Source: a virus
Lineage: Duplodnaviria; Caudoviricetes
IMG/VR virus record: IMGVR_UViG_3300030397_000335
Location: 1-57,624 of that record
DNA: 57,624 nucleotides
Reading direction: 5' to 3' (one strand)
The notes beneath the pieces were generated by a model. It had not been told where the DNA came from. It saw only the letters and a program-made list of their open reading frames with translations, and did no database searches. This document shows, piece by piece, positions 54,780-57,624 of the stretch (position 1 is the stretch's first letter; each line of letters starts with the position of its first letter). The position numbers and the translations under genes were made by a program.

Positions 54780-54798
54780 GCCCTCCTAACTGGCAGTA

Positions 54799-55059
54799 AT
54801 GCCACAAGCTAGTACAGACATGTTAACAAAGATATTCCAACACCCTGAAGCAACAGCGCTCGAAATGCAGCGGCTCCGCCGTGATAATGCGCGCTTACAG
54901 GAAGAAAACGACCGCCTATTTCAAGAAGTCCAGGCGAACCGCAGGCTTGCCCAGCTTGGCAACCAGATGGCAAACGAGCGGGATGCAGTGATTAAAGGCG
55001 TAATCGGTGATCTTAATATCGTCACCACATATGAGCTTGATAATGGAAGTGCAGCTTAG
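54799..55059 (+). CDS. Coiled-coil hypothetical protein
   Basis: 86 aa; ends GSAA. Confidence 0.65.
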   Translation: MPQASTDMLTKIFQHPEATALEMQRLRRDNARLQEENDRLFQEVQANRRLAQLGNQMANERDAVIKGVIGDLNIVTTYELDNGSAA

Positions 55060-55243
55060 CGGACTCGCCCATTTTAGCCTGCTGGTGATCGTGTTCATTG
55101 CTGGCTACCTGTTCTGCCTATTCTCGCAAGGGCCTAACGACCCGCCAGAAAACGGTGATTACCTGATGACTACCAAGGAGCAGCTTAACCAGTTTTTGCA
55201 GCGTGCGCAGGGGATGGTGACTAACAATTTAACTACAGCTTAG
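55043..55243 (+). CDS. Small membrane protein
   Basis: Start MEVQL; one TM helix. Confidence 0.55.
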   Translation: MEVQLSGLAHFSLLVIVFIAGYLFCLFSQGPNDPPENGDYLMTTKEQLNQFLQRAQGMVTNNLTTA

Positions 55244-55245
55244 AT

Positions 55246-56262
55246 ATGCAGAATTTATTTCAGAAAGCAACAAAAGAAGCCGCCAAGCTACGCATGGCAA
55301 TCAGCGGCCCCAGTGGTTCAGGTAAGACTTTTACTTCACTTGTCCTTGCCAGGGAACTTGGTGGCAAGACAGCCTACATTGACACGGAACACGGCAGCGC
55401 TTCTAAGTATGCAGACCTTTTTGACTTTGACGTTATCAACATGGATGCGCCCTACAGCCCCACGCGCTTTGTCGAGTTTATGAAGATGGCTGAAGACGCT
55501 GGATACGACGTGCTAATCATTGATAGTCTTTCGCACGCGTGGAACGGCAAGGGTGGTCTTCTTGAGATCGTGGATGAGGAGATGGCGCGAAAGAAAACCA
55601 ACAACTCTTTTGTTGGGTGGAAGAAAGCAACACCGATGCATAATGATATGATCGAAGCTATCATATCTAGCAAGATCCACATTATTGCTACCATGCGCAG
55701 TAAGCAAGAATATGTGATCGAGAAGGACAGCAAAGGGAAGACGCAGATCAACAAGGTGGGCATGGCTCCTATTCAGCGTGACGGGATGGAGTACGAGTTT
55801 GATGTGTGGGGAGAGATGGATGTTGAGAATCGAATGCTGATAAGCAAAACAAGGTGTCCACAGCTGGCGGGTAAGGTATTGCCGAAGCCAGGCAAGAACC
55901 TTTCAGCACCACTGATAGAATGGCTTAAAGGCGTTGAGCCCAAGCAGAAAAGAGAACTACCACAGCAAACCGAGTCAGCACCTACAGCTCCCGAACCAGC
56001 GGTGTCAACACCACCTTACTCAGATCAGGAGCGCACCCAGTTTCATGCTATCGGTGGCGAACTCTATGGTAGTCAGTGGGATGAGAAGCGCCGCAATCTT
56101 GTGAAGCATGCAAGCAATGAAAGAACCGACTCCATGAAGGAACTGACTGCCGAGGAGTTTCAGCGCATATTTGCGGGATTGAAAAAGAGACAGCAGGAAG
56201 CTAAGAAGCCGCAAACCAAAGGCGAGGTGAGTGAAGCGCTATACAGCAGGCAAGCGGCATGA
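55246..56262 (+). CDS. AAA_24 ATPase (Sak4-like recombinase family)
   Basis: GPSGSGKT, IDTE, IIDSLSHAW, EYEFD, KTR. Confidence 0.85.
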   Translation: MQNLFQKATKEAAKLRMAISGPSGSGKTFTSLVLARELGGKTAYIDTEHGSASKYADLFDFDVINMDAPYSPTRFVEFMKMAEDAGYDVLIIDSLSHAWNGKGGLLEIVDEEMARKKTNNSFVGWKKATPMHNDMIEAIISSKIHIIATMRSKQEYVIEKDSKGKTQINKVGMAPIQRDGMEYEFDVWGEMDVENRMLISKTRCPQLAGKVLPKPGKNLSAPLIEWLKGVEPKQKRELPQQTESAPTAPEPAVSTPPYSDQERTQFHAIGGELYGSQWDEKRRNLVKHASNERTDSMKELTAEEFQRIFAGLKKRQQEAKKPQTKGEVSEALYSRQAA

Positions 56263-56867
56263 CAAAAAAAGAGGAGATTGATAAGGCCAAAGAATCAGAT
56301 AGACATCTCTTATCCGCAAGGGTATCCCATCTCTACGGGGTGCCAGAAAGTGAAATACAAAAGATGGTTTCAGACACTCTTTCTAAATATTTCCATGTCA
56401 GACGTGAAGTACTGAGTGAAGATGGATCAAGCCGGATTGATGTGATTGCAGTACATAAATCGGACAATAATGGCAATTTTCCTATAGGGATTGAGATTAA
56501 AGCGGTTGGTAAAAAGCGTGGTGTTGAAATAGGCGATTGGATAAACCAAGCATATAAGTATAGTCAACTTCCTTTCAGAGGCTTTGGTAAAGTTGCAGTC
56601 TTTCTCTTTCCACAAATAAGCGGTCTTTATTTAGAAGAAGGATCTGAAGTGTCTAGACACAACTTGACTGGACGCCAAATATGGGAAGGCGGGCATCACA
56701 ATGTAGCTACTATGCTTAGTAGCTTTGACCTTGGTGAATTGCAATTCTACAAGACATGGAAGGGAAAGTGGAGATTGAGGCTGGTTTATGCCGCAAAAAG
56801 AATATGGGAACAGCACAATGACATCTTTCAGCCTAACAATCTTACTAACCTTAAGAAGGCAGCATGA
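56259..56867 (+). CDS. Putative PD-(D/E)XK nuclease
   Basis: REV...RID...GIEIK...QA..Y. Confidence 0.65.
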   Translation: MTKKEEIDKAKESDRHLLSARVSHLYGVPESEIQKMVSDTLSKYFHVRREVLSEDGSSRIDVIAVHKSDNNGNFPIGIEIKAVGKKRGVEIGDWINQAYKYSQLPFRGFGKVAVFLFPQISGLYLEEGSEVSRHNLTGRQIWEGGHHNVATMLSSFDLGELQFYKTWKGKWRLRLVYAAKRIWEQHNDIFQPNNLTNLKKAA

Positions 56868-57624
56868 GCGCAGAGAAGAAAATATCATTTAAGTCGGAAG
56901 CACAGGCCCTCGCTAAAAGAGGCATCCATGTGTTTCCGATTAAGCCGAGAAGCAAAGACCCTCTTGGACAGCTTGTACCACATGGATGCCTTGATGCTAC
57001 AACAAACCCTACAAAAATTGGGGATTGGTGGTTTGCAATCCCTTCAGCTAACATCGGGATTGCTACTGGAGAAAAAAGTGGATTCTTTGTAGTTGATGTC
57101 GATCCCAAGAATGGTGGTGACGAAAGCTTTAAAGACCTTGTTCAAAACATTGGAAGCTTTAGGGGTACACTTACTGCAAGAACTGGATCAGGAGGTTTTC
57201 ACTATCTATACAAAATGCCCGAAAAGGGCGATATAAGGAATAGTGCAGGCAAGATTGCCCCTGGAATCGACATTCGCGGAACAGGTGGCTACATAGTAGC
57301 TCCACCATCCATCCATCCTAACGGGAATGTTTATGAATGGATCAATGACAAGCCGATAGCTGATGCACCTCTGCCCTTACTAGATCTGATAAGCGAGAAA
57401 AGAAAAGCTAAAAAAGATCTAGTCAGACTTAAAGATGGTGATATGCTAGTTCATGGCGTGCAGCATGACACCCTCTTTTACATGGGAAGCACGATGCGCT
57501 TTGGGGGCTTTGATGAGGATGCGATTTTTGAAGCACTTTGGTTTACCAATCAAACCAGATGTGAAATACCAGGCCCCGAAGAAAATATAAGGGATCTTGC
57601 CAAGTCTATTTGTAGACAGTACCC
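56864..57624 (+). CDS. Primase-helicase, N-terminal Prim-Pol domain (absent from the ORF track; wraps to 1372)
   Basis: VFPI, ATT, NIGIATG, VVDVD, RTGSGGFH, GIDIRG.GGYIVAPPSIHP.G..Y.W. Confidence 0.93.
   Translation, partial: MSAEKKISFKSEAQALAKRGIHVFPIKPRSKDPLGQLVPHGCLDATTNPTKIGDWWFAIPSANIGIATGEKSGFFVVDVDPKNGGDESFKDLVQNIGSFRGTLTARTGSGGFHYLYKMPEKGDIRNSAGKIAPGIDIRGTGGYIVAPPSIHPNGNVYEWINDKPIADAPLPLLDLISEKRKAKKDLVRLKDGDMLVHGVQHDTLFYMGSTMRFGGFDEDAIFEALWFTNQTRCEIPGPEENIRDLAKSICRQY
57499..57624. repeat. Terminal direct repeat, right copy
   Basis: Matches 1-126 with one mismatch. Confidence 0.95.

Noticed and set aside
1-57624. Alternative genetic code or stop-codon reassignment
   Set aside because: Conserved genes are full length in code 11, and TAA, TAG and TGA all end genes at coupled junctions.

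Overview
This window is a complete, circularly permuted temperate tailed-phage genome of about 57.5 kb. Bases 57499-57624 repeat bases 1-126 with one mismatch, giving a unit length of 57,498 bp. The tape measure gene and absence of a sheath gene suggest a siphovirus-like tail. From recall, the SSB and integrase look like Rhodothermota/FCB-group proteins, so host assignment is an inference. A plus-strand early/replication operon runs 52774 through the join to 6959 (RHH regulator, Sak4-like AAA ATPase, Prim-Pol/helicase with an iteron origin, SSB, LexA-like HTH, RusA-like resolvase, Xis). The tyrosine integrase has an attP whose core matches a tRNA(Phe)-like 3' end. Minus-strand modules cover packaging, head, tail and lysis. 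There is also a minus-strand accessory array with a second tyrosine recombinase and a TnpB-only IS605-family insertion, and a second cluster of putative virion/LamG genes. The most unusual content is: (1) phage-encoded sensory domains with no kinase, namely a stand-alone ethylene-receptor-like (ETR1-type, Cys-x3-His) membrane protein coupled to a TM-PAS-TM protein behind the lysis genes, plus a wHTH-PAS regulator in the repressor position whose wHTH resembles the C-terminal wHTH of the phage's own primase-helicase; (2) an unannotated A_AAA_AAG -1 frameshift that would add a basic CxCGC domain to a membrane protein, behind a switch-like RNA leader; (3) a tandem array of five closed stem/multibranch RNA-like elements at 54433-54779; (4) C-terminal Ala-Ala on at least 13 early proteins; (5) one-gene cassettes delimited by a short repeat near the second recombinase. 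All family calls come from motifs read by eye; no database search was run.
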